Assembly: GCF_032444005.1 (NCBI RefSeq)
Contig: NC_091283.1
Location: 833,776,001 to 833,840,000 of the forward strand
Length of the DNA stretch: 64,000 nt
Direction of reading: 5' to 3'
DNA from: Ranitomeya imitator
Taxonomy: Eukaryota
This document shows, piece after piece, positions 50,859-60,875 of this stretch. A program made the position numbers and the translations under genes. Below the pieces are notes generated by a model, which was not told the DNA's origin, made no database searches, and saw only the letters and a list, made by a program, of their open reading frames with translations. Numbering within the stretch: the first letter of the stretch is position 1; the number at the start of each line of letters is the position of its first letter.

Positions 50859-53800
50859 TGTTGTGAATTCTGTGGCTGAGTTCACTTCTGTGGTCACAAG
50901 TGGTATTGCAGTCTCTGGGCTTCCTCCCTCAGGTGTTTTGGTGAGCTCGTTGGCTGCCTTGCTATTTAGCTCCACCTGAGTCTGTCTTCCTTGCTCCTTG
51001 TCAATGTTCCAGTGTTGGATCTGAGCTACTGCATCTTTCCTTGGGCCTGCTGCTCTGCTAGATAAGTGCTTCTAGTTTGTTTTCTGTTTTTTCTGTCCAG
51101 CTTGCTATTAACTTTTGCTGGAAGCTCTGAGAAGCAAAGGGGTGCACCGCCGTGCTGTTAGTTCGGCACGGTGGGTCTTTTTGCCCCTTTGCGTGGTTTT
51201 CGTTTTAGGGTTTTTTGTAGACTGCATAGTTCTCTTTGCTATCCTCGCTCTGTCTAGAATATCGGGCCTCACTTTGCTGAATCTATTTCATTCCTACGTT
51301 TGTCTTTTCATCTTGCTAACAGTCATTATATGTGGGGGCTGCCTATTCCTTTGGGGTATTTCTCTGAGGTAAGTCAGGCTTGTATTTCTATCTTCAGGCT
51401 AGTCAGCTCCTCAGGCAGTGCCGAGTTGCATAGGTAGTGATAGGCGCAATCCACTGCTGCTTCCAGTTGTGTGAGGATAGATCAGGTACTGCAGTCTACA
51501 GAGATTCCACGTCTCAGAGCTCGTCCTATTGTTTTTGGTTATTGCCAGATCTCTGTATGTGCGCTGATTACTGCACGCTGTGTTGCCTGATTGCCAGCCA
51601 TAACAGTACAAGGAGCCCTTCAATGATTTCCAATAGAGGGAAAAAAGAAATCCTGACATCATTTTTTTTTTCTTAGCTCTGTCTTCAGTCTTTTTTTTCC
51701 CCTAGACATTAGAGTGCTTCAGGACACAGCTGTGGACATGGATATTCAGGCTCTGTGCTCCTCAATGGATAATCTCGTTGTAAATGTACAAAAGATTCAA
51801 GATACTATTGATCAGAAATCGATGCTAGAACCAAGAATTCCGATTCCTGATTTGTTTTTTGGTGACAGAACTAAGTTCCTGAGCTTCAGAAATAATTGTA
51901 AGCTATTTTTGGCCTTGAAACCTCATTCTTCTGGTAATCCTATTCAACAGGTTTTGATTATTATTTCTTTTTTGCGCGGCGACCCACAGGACTGGGCGTT
52001 TTCTCTTGCACCAGGAGATTCTGCATTGAGTAATGTTGATGCATTTTTCCAGGCGCTGGGATTGCTTTACGATGAGCCTAATTCAGTGGATCAAGCTGAG
52101 AAAAATCTGCTGGCTTTATGCCAGGGTCAGGATGATGTAGAAGTATATTGTCAGAAATTTAGAAAATGGTCAGTACTCACTCTGTGGAATGAATCTGCAC
52201 TAGCGGCTTTGTTCAGAAAGGGTCTCTCTGAAGCTCTTAAGGATGTCATGGTGGGATTTCCTATGCCTGCTGGTTTGAATGAGTCTATGTCCTTGGCCAT
52301 TCAGATCGGTCGTCGCTTGCGCGAGCGTAAATCTGTGCACCATCTGGCGGTATTGTCTGAGAGTAAGCCTGAGCCTATGCAGTGCGACAGGACTATGACT
52401 AAAGTAGAACGGCACGAACACAGACGTCTGAACAGACTGTGTTTCTATTGTGGTGATTCTACTCATGCTATTTCTAATTGTCCTAAACGCACTAGGCGGT
52501 TCGATAGCTCTGCCGTTATTGGTACTGTACAGTCCAAATTCCTTTTGTCCATTACCTTAATGTGCTCTTTGTCATCGTATTCTGTCATGGCGTTTGTGGA
52601 TTCAGGCGCTGCCCTGAATCTGATGGATTTGGATTATGCTAAACGTTGTGGATTTTTCTTGGAGCCTTTGCGGTGTCCTATTCCGTTGAGAGGAATTGAT
52701 GCTACACCTTTGGCCAAGAATAAGCCTCAGTACTGGGCCCAGCTGACCATGTGCATGGCTCCTGCACATCAGGAAGTTATTCGCTTTTTGGTACTGCATA
52801 ATTTGCATGATGTGGTCGTGTTGGGGTTGCCATGGCTACAAACCCATAATCCAGTATTGGATTGGAACTCTATGTCGGTAACCAGCTGGGGTTGTCAGGG
52901 AGTACATGGTGATGTTCCATTTTTGTCTATTTCGTCATCCATTCCTTCTGACATCCCAGAGTTCTTGTCGGACTTTCAGGATGTATTTGAAGAGTCCAAG
53001 TCTGATGCCCTACCTCCGCATAGGAATTGTGATTGTGCTATCGATTTGATTCCTGGTAGTAAATTCCCTAAGGGTCGTTTATTTAATTTGTCCGTACCTG
53101 AACACACCGCTATGCGCAGTTATGTGAAGGAGTCCCTGGAGAAGGGACATATTCGCCCATCGTCGTCACCATTGGGAGCAGGGTTCTTTTTTGTAGCCAA
53201 GAAGGATGGTTCGCTAAGACCGTGTATTGATTACCGCCTTCTTAATAAGATCACTGTTAAGTTTCAGTATCCCTTGCCATTGATTTCTGACTTGTTTGCT
53301 CGGATTAAGGGGGCTAGTTGGTTTACTAAGATTGATCTTCGTGGTGCGTATAATCTGGTGAGAATCAGGCAGGGAGATGAATGGAAAACGGCATTTAATA
53401 CGCCCGAGGGTCATTTTGAGTATCTGGTGATGCCGTTCGGACTTGCCAATGCTCCATCTGTTTTTCAGTCTTTTATGCATGACATTTTCCGTGAGTATCT
53501 GGATAAATTCTTGATTGTTTACTTGGATGACATTTTGATCTTCTCAGATGATTGGGAGTCTCATGTGAAGCAAGTCAGAATGGTTTTCCAGGTACTGCGT
53601 GCTAATTCCTTGTTCGTGAAGGGATCAAAGTGTCTCTTCGGTGTGCAGAAAGTTTCATTTTTGGGGTTCATCTTTTCCCCTTCTACTATCGAGATGGATC
53701 CGGTTAAGGTTCAGGCCATCCAGGATTGGACTCAGCCGACATCTCTAAAAAGTTTGCAGAAATTCCTGGGCTTTGCTAATTTTTATCGTCGCTTCATCTG

Positions 53801-56545
53801 TAATTTTTCTAGCATTGCCAGACCATTGACCGATTTGACCAAGAAGGGTGCTGATTTGGTTAATTGGTCTTCTGCTGCCGTGGAAGCTTTTCAGGAGTTG
53901 AAGCGTCGTTTTTGCTGTGCCCCTGTGTTGTGTCAACCTGATGTTTCTCTTCCGTTCCAGGTCGAGGTTGATGCTTCTGAGATTGGTGCAGGGGCGGTTT
54001 TGTCACAGAGAGGTTCTGGTTGCTCAGTGTTCAAACCATGTGCTTTCTTTTCCAGGAAATTTTCTGCTGCTGAGCGTAATTATGATGTGGGCAACCGAGA
54101 GTTGCTGGCCATGAAGTGGGCATTCGAGGAGTGGCGTCATTGGCTTGAGGGTGCTAAGCATCGCGTGGTGGTTTTGACTGATCATAAGAACCTTACTTAT
54201 CTTGAGTCTGCCAAGCGCTTGAATCCTAGACAGGCCCGTTGGTCGTTATTTTTTGCTCGTTTTGATTTTGTGATTTCATACCTTCCGGGCTCTAAAAATG
54301 TGAAGGCGGATGCTCTGTCTAGGAGTTTTGTGCCCGACTCTCCGGGGTTATCTGAGCCGGCGAGTATCCTCAAGGAAGGAGTCATTGTGTCTGCCATCTC
54401 CCCTGATTTGCGGAGAGTGTTGCAGAAATTTCAGGCTAATAAACCTGATCGTTGTCCGGCCGAGAAACTGTTCGTCCCTGATAGGTGGACTAGTAAAGTT
54501 ATCTCTGAACTTCATTGTTCGGTGCTGGCTGGTCATCCAGGAATCTTTGGTACCAGGGAGTTGGTTGCTAGATCCTTCTGGTGGCCATCTCTGTCACGGG
54601 ATGTGCGTGCTTTTGTGCAGTCCTGTGGAATTTGTGCTAGGGCTAAGCCCTGCTGTTCACGTGCCAGTGGGTTGCTTTTGCCCTTGCCGGTCCCGAAGAG
54701 GCCTTGGACACATATTTCGATGGATTTCATTTCTGACCTTCCCGTTTCTCAAAAAATGTCTGTCATTTGGGTGGTCTGTGATCGCTTTTCTAAAATGGTC
54801 CATCTGGTGCCCTTGGTTAAATTGCCTTCCTCCTCTGATTTGGTGCCTTTGTTCTTCCAGCATGTGGTTCGTTTACATGGCATTCCTGAGAATATTGTTT
54901 CTGACAGAGGTTCCCAGTTTGTCTCGAGGTTCTGGCGAGCCTTTTGTGGTAGGATGGGCATTGACCTATCTTTTTCCTCGGCCTTCCATCCTCAGACTAA
55001 TGGCCAGACCGAACGAACCAATCAGACCTTGGAAACATATCTGAGATGTTTTGTTTCCGCTGACCAGGATGATTGGGTGTCATTTTTGCCGTTGGCTGAG
55101 TTCGCCCTTAATAATCGGGCCAGCTCGGCTACCTTGGTCTCTCCATTTTTCTGCAATTCTGGGTTCCATCCTCGTTTCTCTTCAGGACAGGTTGAGTCTT
55201 CGGACTGTCCTGGTGTGGATTATGTGGTGGACAGGTTGCAGCAGATCTGGACTCAGGTAGTGGACAATTTGACCTTGTCCCAGGAGAAGGCTCAGCTTTT
55301 CGCTAATCGCAGACGCCGTGTGGGACCCCGACTTCGTGTTGGGGATCTGGTTTGGTTATCTTCTCGTCATATACCTATGAAGGTTTCCTCTCCTAAATTT
55401 AAACCTCGTTTTATTGGTCCGTATAGGATTTCTGAGATTCTCAATCCGGTGTCTTTTCGTCTGACCCTCCCAGACTCCTTTTCCATACATAATGTATTCC
55501 ATAGGTCGTTGTTGAGGAGATACGTGGCACCTATGGTTCCATCTGTGGAGCCTCCTGCCCCTGTTTTGGTGGAGGGGGAATTGGAGTATATTGTGGAGAA
55601 GATTTTGGATTCTCGTGTCTCTAGACGGAAACTCCAGTATCTGGTCAAATGGAAGGGTTATGCTCAGGAAGATAATTCCTGGGTTTTTGCCTCTGATGTC
55701 CATGCCCCAGATCTTGTTCGTGCCTTTCATGTGGCTCATCCTGGTCGGCCTGGGGGTTCTGGTGAGGGTTCGGTGACCCCTCCTCAAGGGGGGGGTACTG
55801 TTGTGAATTCTGTGGCTGAGTTCACTTCTGTGGTCACAAGTGGTATTGCAGTCTCTGGGCTTCCTCCCTCAGGTGTTTTGGTGAGCTCGTTGGCTGCCTT
55901 GCTATTTAGCTCCACCTGAGTCTGTCTTCCTTGCTCCTTGTCAATGTTCCAGTGTTGGATCTGAGCTACTGCATCTTTCCTTGGGCCTGCTGCTCTGCTA
56001 GATAAGTGCTTCTAGTTTGTTTTCTGTTTTTTCTGTCCAGCTTGCTATTAACTTTTGCTGGAAGCTCTGAGAAGCAAAGGGGTGCACCGCCGTGCTGTTA
56101 GTTCGGCACGGTGGGTCTTTTTGCCCCTTTGCGTGGTTTTCGTTTTAGGGTTTTTTGTAGACTGCATAGTTCTCTTTGCTATCCTCGCTCTGTCTAGAAT
56201 ATCGGGCCTCACTTTGCTGAATCTATTTCATTCCTACGTTTGTCTTTTCATCTTGCTAACAGTCATTATATGTGGGGGCTGCCTATTCCTTTGGGGTATT
56301 TCTCTGAGGTAAGTCAGGCTTGTATTTCTATCTTCAGGCTAGTCAGCTCCTCAGGCAGTGCCGAGTTGCATAGGTAGTGATAGGCGCAATCCACTGCTGC
56401 TTACAGTTGTGTGAGGATAGATCAGGTACTGCAGTCTACAGAGATTCCACGTCTCAGAGCTCGTCCTATTGTTTTTGGTTATTGCCAGATCTCTGTATGT
56501 GCGCTGATTACTGCACGCTGTGTTGCCTGATTGCCAGCCATAACA
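50859..56545 (+). mobile_element. Full-length Ty3/Gypsy chromovirus (Tf1/sushi-like) LTR retrotransposon; LTRs 50859-51605 and 55799-56545
   Basis: 747-bp TG...CA LTRs with one mismatch seen (51463 c vs 56403 a); PPT aagggggggg before the 3' LTR; tgaggc flanks both ends. Confidence 0.97.
51738..55919 (+). CDS. Gypsy Gag-Pol polyprotein (gag, CCHC knuckle, protease, RT, RNase H, integrase, chromodomain), uninterrupted
   Basis: CFYCGDSTHAISNC; AFVDSGA; YLDDILI; HCSVLAGHPG..CGIC; DFISD/SDRG/ERTN; EYIVEKILDSR..YLVKWKGY; first ATG at 51738 within ORF 51714-55919. Confidence 0.95.
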   Translation: MDIQALCSSMDNLVVNVQKIQDTIDQKSMLEPRIPIPDLFFGDRTKFLSFRNNCKLFLALKPHSSGNPIQQVLIIISFLRGDPQDWAFSLAPGDSALSNVDAFFQALGLLYDEPNSVDQAEKNLLALCQGQDDVEVYCQKFRKWSVLTLWNESALAALFRKGLSEALKDVMVGFPMPAGLNESMSLAIQIGRRLRERKSVHHLAVLSESKPEPMQCDRTMTKVERHEHRRLNRLCFYCGDSTHAISNCPKRTRRFDSSAVIGTVQSKFLLSITLMCSLSSYSVMAFVDSGAALNLMDLDYAKRCGFFLEPLRCPIPLRGIDATPLAKNKPQYWAQLTMCMAPAHQEVIRFLVLHNLHDVVVLGLPWLQTHNPVLDWNSMSVTSWGCQGVHGDVPFLSISSSIPSDIPEFLSDFQDVFEESKSDALPPHRNCDCAIDLIPGSKFPKGRLFNLSVPEHTAMRSYVKESLEKGHIRPSSSPLGAGFFFVAKKDGSLRPCIDYRLLNKITVKFQYPLPLISDLFARIKGASWFTKIDLRGAYNLVRIRQGDEWKTAFNTPEGHFEYLVMPFGLANAPSVFQSFMHDIFREYLDKFLIVYLDDILIFSDDWESHVKQVRMVFQVLRANSLFVKGSKCLFGVQKVSFLGFIFSPSTIEMDPVKVQAIQDWTQPTSLKSLQKFLGFANFYRRFICNFSSIARPLTDLTKKGADLVNWSSAAVEAFQELKRRFCCAPVLCQPDVSLPFQVEVDASEIGAGAVLSQRGSGCSVFKPCAFFSRKFSAAERNYDVGNRELLAMKWAFEEWRHWLEGAKHRVVVLTDHKNLTYLESAKRLNPRQARWSLFFARFDFVISYLPGSKNVKADALSRSFVPDSPGLSEPASILKEGVIVSAISPDLRRVLQKFQANKPDRCPAEKLFVPDRWTSKVISELHCSVLAGHPGIFGTRELVARSFWWPSLSRDVRAFVQSCGICARAKPCCSRASGLLLPLPVPKRPWTHISMDFISDLPVSQKMSVIWVVCDRFSKMVHLVPLVKLPSSSDLVPLFFQHVVRLHGIPENIVSDRGSQFVSRFWRAFCGRMGIDLSFSSAFHPQTNGQTERTNQTLETYLRCFVSADQDDWVSFLPLAEFALNNRASSATLVSPFFCNSGFHPRFSSGQVESSDCPGVDYVVDRLQQIWTQVVDNLTLSQEKAQLFANRRRRVGPRLRVGDLVWLSSRHIPMKVSSPKFKPRFIGPYRISEILNPVSFRLTLPDSFSIHNVFHRSLLRRYVAPMVPSVEPPAPVLVEGELEYIVEKILDSRVSRRKLQYLVKWKGYAQEDNSWVFASDVHAPDLVRAFHVAHPGRPGGSGEGSVTPPQGGGTVVNSVAEFTSVVTSGIAVSGLPPSGVLVSSLAALLFSST

Positions 56546-59032
56546 TGAGGCGCTACATTAAGGTCACAGCGGCTGATTAATAAACTAATGGAGAGCGAGT
56601 AATGGGAGCCGGACTTATTAGGACGGAGCACGTCGCAGCATCCTCATGGGGGATACATGTATGCCAGGTGTTTCATAGACCATGAATTGGGTACAGCCAT
56701 TGTTTAGCAACGCCCCTTTAAGAGTCTGTGCCCCATTGGTTGCAATGTTGTCTTGCAGCTTCAGGGCTCTGGGCTTGAATCTAACCAAGGGCAACATCCA
56801 CACAGGGGCAGGGTCTTTTTGGGGGGTCTTAATTGCCTAGAGACTGAGCATTTCTGTACTGTTCTGCAGAAAAGGATTGCACTATAGAAATTAAAAAATA
56901 TTGTCCAGTTTTTGCAAAAAAAAAATCCCTTTTCTGATTTGCAATAGCTTTATTATGTGAATTGCTAATGTTTTCAAAATCTCTGCTTGCTGTCATTGGA
57001 CAAAAAAACCCTGTTTTATATAAAGAGGGACACCCCCCCCCTTCTCCTGGCTGTGGGACGGAAACCCTAAACCCCCCCCGGACTCCTGGCCACGGGACGG
57101 ACACCCCCCTCTCCTGGCCGTGGGACGGACCCCCCCTTCTTCTGGCCACGGGACGGGGACCACCGGTATCGCAGTCCTGCATTCTCACATACACAGCACA
57201 GATTTCCATCCTCTGGAGATTAGCAATAACATTTCTTATTCTATGATCACAGCAGCGGTCCTGGAAATCCTGCACAATAAGTACAGAAACTGTCAGAGCA
57301 TTGGGCGTCTTTTCTCTATACAACCATTCGGCTTTATTTCAGGAGATTGGAAGACCTGATTGATGCAATAAGAAGCAGATCAATGGAATCATTAATTACC
57401 CTTTAGAGAGAATGATTGAGCCGCTCCTGTAGCTGCAGAGCTCCATTTGTCCATTACCTGCCCATCACTCCACTGAACTGTAACTTTATCGACAACTTGT
57501 TGCTGCCACTAGGTGGCAGTATATATGCAGCTCTTGCTTGTGTATAGAGCGCCACCTTGTGGTGCCATCAAGCATAAAGTAACTTTACAAGGGAAGAGGA
57601 CAATGCCATGTATTAAAAGAAAATGTGATCTAATGGGTAATGTTTCTCCTTGTGGAGAGCGACAAGCCAGGCCTGGCATGTCAGAGTGAGGAGACTTATA
57701 AGCCATGCGTTCTCCTCTGGGAATACTTAAAAATAAATAAATGGGGCACTGTTCATAGAGAACTCTCCTTGGACCAGTAAGGGCACGTTTAGGGTACAGA
57801 TAGGGCTCCTGTGCATGGTGCGCTGTCACCCCCTGCTGGTGATGTGCAGCCTGCAAGCACCATCCTTGTATAAATGATTCATTATACTTAGTGCAGACCC
57901 TTAATGAACAATTACAATGTGACATTGCATCTTTTCCCTCCATGAAACCTTACATTTTACATGTGGTCGCAGTTCTCTTCCTTATTTCACTTTCACACGT
58001 GTCCATAGGAGTTAGTTAGCATGTAAAGTACATTGGCAAACAGCACCCCGCACCTCAGCACCCCCCGCATCTCGGCACCCCCCACACCTCTGCTTCCTTC
58101 GAAGCTGGATTTTAGGTCCTCTGGGGGAGACTTGTTTTGCATATGGGTGCACTTCCCCTGCCCACGGCACCTTACTATGGAGTCAGTTGCTCAATGTGCA
58201 GCCATTCGGATGCATCGTGTACTTCTATAGGTGCTGTAGTTAAAGGTGCATTCTCCTTTAAGATCATTAGGGAGTTGCTATTTATGCAATTCTCTAACAG
58301 ACTTCCTTTTTGCTGCAGGAGGTCGGTATAGTTGGATGATCTGATGGCTGCAGCTTCGTACTGGGTTATAATATTGCAAGTCGGGGAAAAAATCTTGTTC
58401 TTGCACATTGTGACGAGGCACCATGCTACCTCCAACCTCGCAGCCGGGGAGCGGACGGCTCCTTGACTGATATTAGTAAGACATGGGACCCTGCGCGGAG
58501 CAGCTGGCCGTGCAGAGGAGCTGGCACCTGTTGTCCCACCTCATGTCACCCCGGTGGATAGGTCAGCGCCGGGAATGTCGGGATAGTTTTACAGTAAACT
58601 TTCCAAACTGTATTTGCAGAAAGTGCAGAAGGCATACAGATCTAGAATTCTCCTTAGTGGGTGAAGATCCAGACTTCTAGAATTCTCCTTATTGTTATCT
58701 TCTATGTCTTTCCCTCTTAAAGGCAAATCTACCGACCTCCGCGTCTGACATACTGCGGCTGATCCACATCCTTCACAATTCAGTTCACCAAGGGTTCATG
58801 CACACACGGTGGATTTGATGCATATTTGCCACAGTAAAATCCATATGTTGCATCCGGATTTGTCACAAATTTCACCCAATGATTTCTAAAGCGGTGAAAC
58901 TGTGACAAAAACCATCAGACTTAACCTGCTGCCGATTTACAAATGAAACGTTGAAAATATCTGGAGAAAAGATGTCGTCAACTTGTCTGCACCGGATTTT
59001 CTGCAAGTAAATTTGTGCAAAAAATTAGAACA

Positions 59033-59828
59033 GGGTACAGCCGGGACCAGCTGCTTCGAAAGCATCACCAAACCAGGGATTCAAGCTTCAGGAGGCTAAT
59101 TTGCATATTCCAGGTGCCTTCTGGGAGAAGCGAAGTCTCCCTAAGCTAGAAGATCGTTGGGTACAGCCGGGACCAGCTGCTTCGAAAGCATCACCAAACC
59201 AGGGATTCAAGCTTCAGGAGGCTAATTTGCATATTCCAGGTGCCTTCTGGGAGAAGCGAAGTCTCCCTAAGCTAGAAGATCGTTGGGTACAGCCGGGACC
59301 AGCTGCTTCGAAAGCATCACCAAACCAGGGATTCAAGCTTCAGGAGGCTAATTTGCATATTCCAGGTGCCTTCTGGGAGAAGCGAAGTCTCTCTAAGCTA
59401 GAAGATCGTTGGGTACAGCCGGGACCAGCTGCTTCGAAAGCATCACCAAACCAGGGATTCAAGCTTCAGGAGGCTAATTTGCATATTCCAGGTGCCTTCT
59501 GGGAGAAGCGAAGTCTCCCTAAGCTAGAAGATCGTTGGGTACAGCCGGGACCAGCTGCTTCGAAAGCATCACCAAACCAGGGATTCAAGCTTCAGGAGGC
59601 TAATTTGCATATTCCAGGTGCCTTCTGGGAGAAGCGAAGTCTCCCTAAGCTAGAAGATCGTTGGGTACAGCCGGGACCAGCTGCTTCGAAAGCATCACCA
59701 AACCAGGGATTCAAGCTTCAGGAGGCTAATTTGCATATTCCAGGTGCCTTCTGGGAGAAGCGAAGTCTCCCTAAGCTAGAAGATCGTTGGGTACAGCCGG
59801 GACCAGCTGCTTCGAAAGCATCACCAAA
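59033..59828 (+). repeat. 126-bp tandem monomers, 6 full copies plus 40 bp, at the CR1 5' end
   Basis: Units start at 59033, 59159, 59285, 59411, 59537, 59663 and 59789; one substitution seen. Confidence 0.97.
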
Positions 59829-59921
59829 TTTTTGCCTGTAGGACATTATTGCAAGAGAGCTTGGCTGAGTAGATTACACAAGAAGGAAAAACACAGCAAG
59901 TCAGCAGGATCTAGGAGCAAC

Positions 59922-60875
59922 ATGGCAGATGTGACAACCTACATGGTGAGCTGCAGCATGTGCTACATGTTCACAGATCGACCAGAAGAAGAATCCAATT
60001 TCACCTGTCAGAAGTGTAGACTAGTGGCCCTTTTAGAAGAAAAGGTGCGGGGTCTGGAAGAAAGAATAGCAACTTTGAAACTCATCAAAGAGAATGAAGA
60101 CTTTCTAGACAGAACAGAAGCATCTCTACTGGTCACAGAAGGTGCAAAAAGTGTCAGAGAACCTCCAAAAGCAGATGAGTGGAAGCATGTGACCAAAAGA
60201 AGCAAGAAGACCATGGAGAAATCACCAACCACACAACTGAAGAACCGATATCAAATCTTTGTAGAGGATGAAGATGGCACACCTAAGAATGAAGCAATAC
60301 CAGCAAGCAAAAAAGAAAAGGGCACACAGCAACAAGTGACAGCAAAAAGTACAGCCAAGAAGCAACGAAGAGTGGTGGTGGTGGGAGACTCACTACTGAG
60401 AGGCACAGAAGCAGCCATCTGCAGACCGGACATAACTGCAAGAGAAGTATGCTGCCTTCCAGGTGCGATGATCAAGGATGTGACCGATAGGATACCAAAG
60501 CTCTTCAGCTCCAAGGACGTCCACCCATTTCTTCTGATACATGTTGGCACCAATGACACGGCAAGGAAGGACCTACCGACAATCTGCAAGGACTTTGAAG
60601 AGTTGGGGAAGAAAGTAAAGGAACTGGATGCACAGGTAGTTTTTTCTTCTATCCTTCCAGTAGATGGGCATGGCACCAGGAGATGGAACAGGATCCTTGA
60701 TGCAAACAACTGGCTAAGACGATGGTGCAGACAACAAGGATTCGGATTCCTGGACCACGGTGTGAATTACTTGTACGATGGACTCCTCGCCAGAGACGGA
60801 CTACACCTCAACAAACCTGGGAAACACACATTCGCCAGAAGACTCGCTACACTCATCAGGAGGGCGTTAAACTAG
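59922..60875 (+). CDS. CR1 ORF1p (317 aa): Cys-rich zinc-binding motif, coiled coil, SGNH/GDSL esterase-like domain
   Basis: CSMCYMF..FTCQKC; VVVGDSLLRG; IHVGTND; DGLHLN. Confidence 0.9.
   Translation: MADVTTYMVSCSMCYMFTDRPEEESNFTCQKCRLVALLEEKVRGLEERIATLKLIKENEDFLDRTEASLLVTEGAKSVREPPKADEWKHVTKRSKKTMEKSPTTQLKNRYQIFVEDEDGTPKNEAIPASKKEKGTQQQVTAKSTAKKQRRVVVVGDSLLRGTEAAICRPDITAREVCCLPGAMIKDVTDRIPKLFSSKDVHPFLLIHVGTNDTARKDLPTICKDFEELGKKVKELDAQVVFSSILPVDGHGTRRWNRILDANNWLRRWCRQQGFGFLDHGVNYLYDGLLARDGLHLNKPGKHTFARRLATLIRRALN

Noticed and set aside
58137-58331. PTAPYY...VVKGAFSF resembling TPI1 exon 2
   Set aside because: Lacks EVVCAPP, AQNCY and GAFTGE and has no suitable phase-1 splice sites; chance similarity.
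59101-59841. 246-aa ORF of 42-aa repeats upstream of CR1 ORF1
   Set aside because: The 126-bp unit is a multiple of 3 so one frame stays open; there is no ATG (TTG start only) and it is out of frame with ORF1; better explained as 5' UTR.
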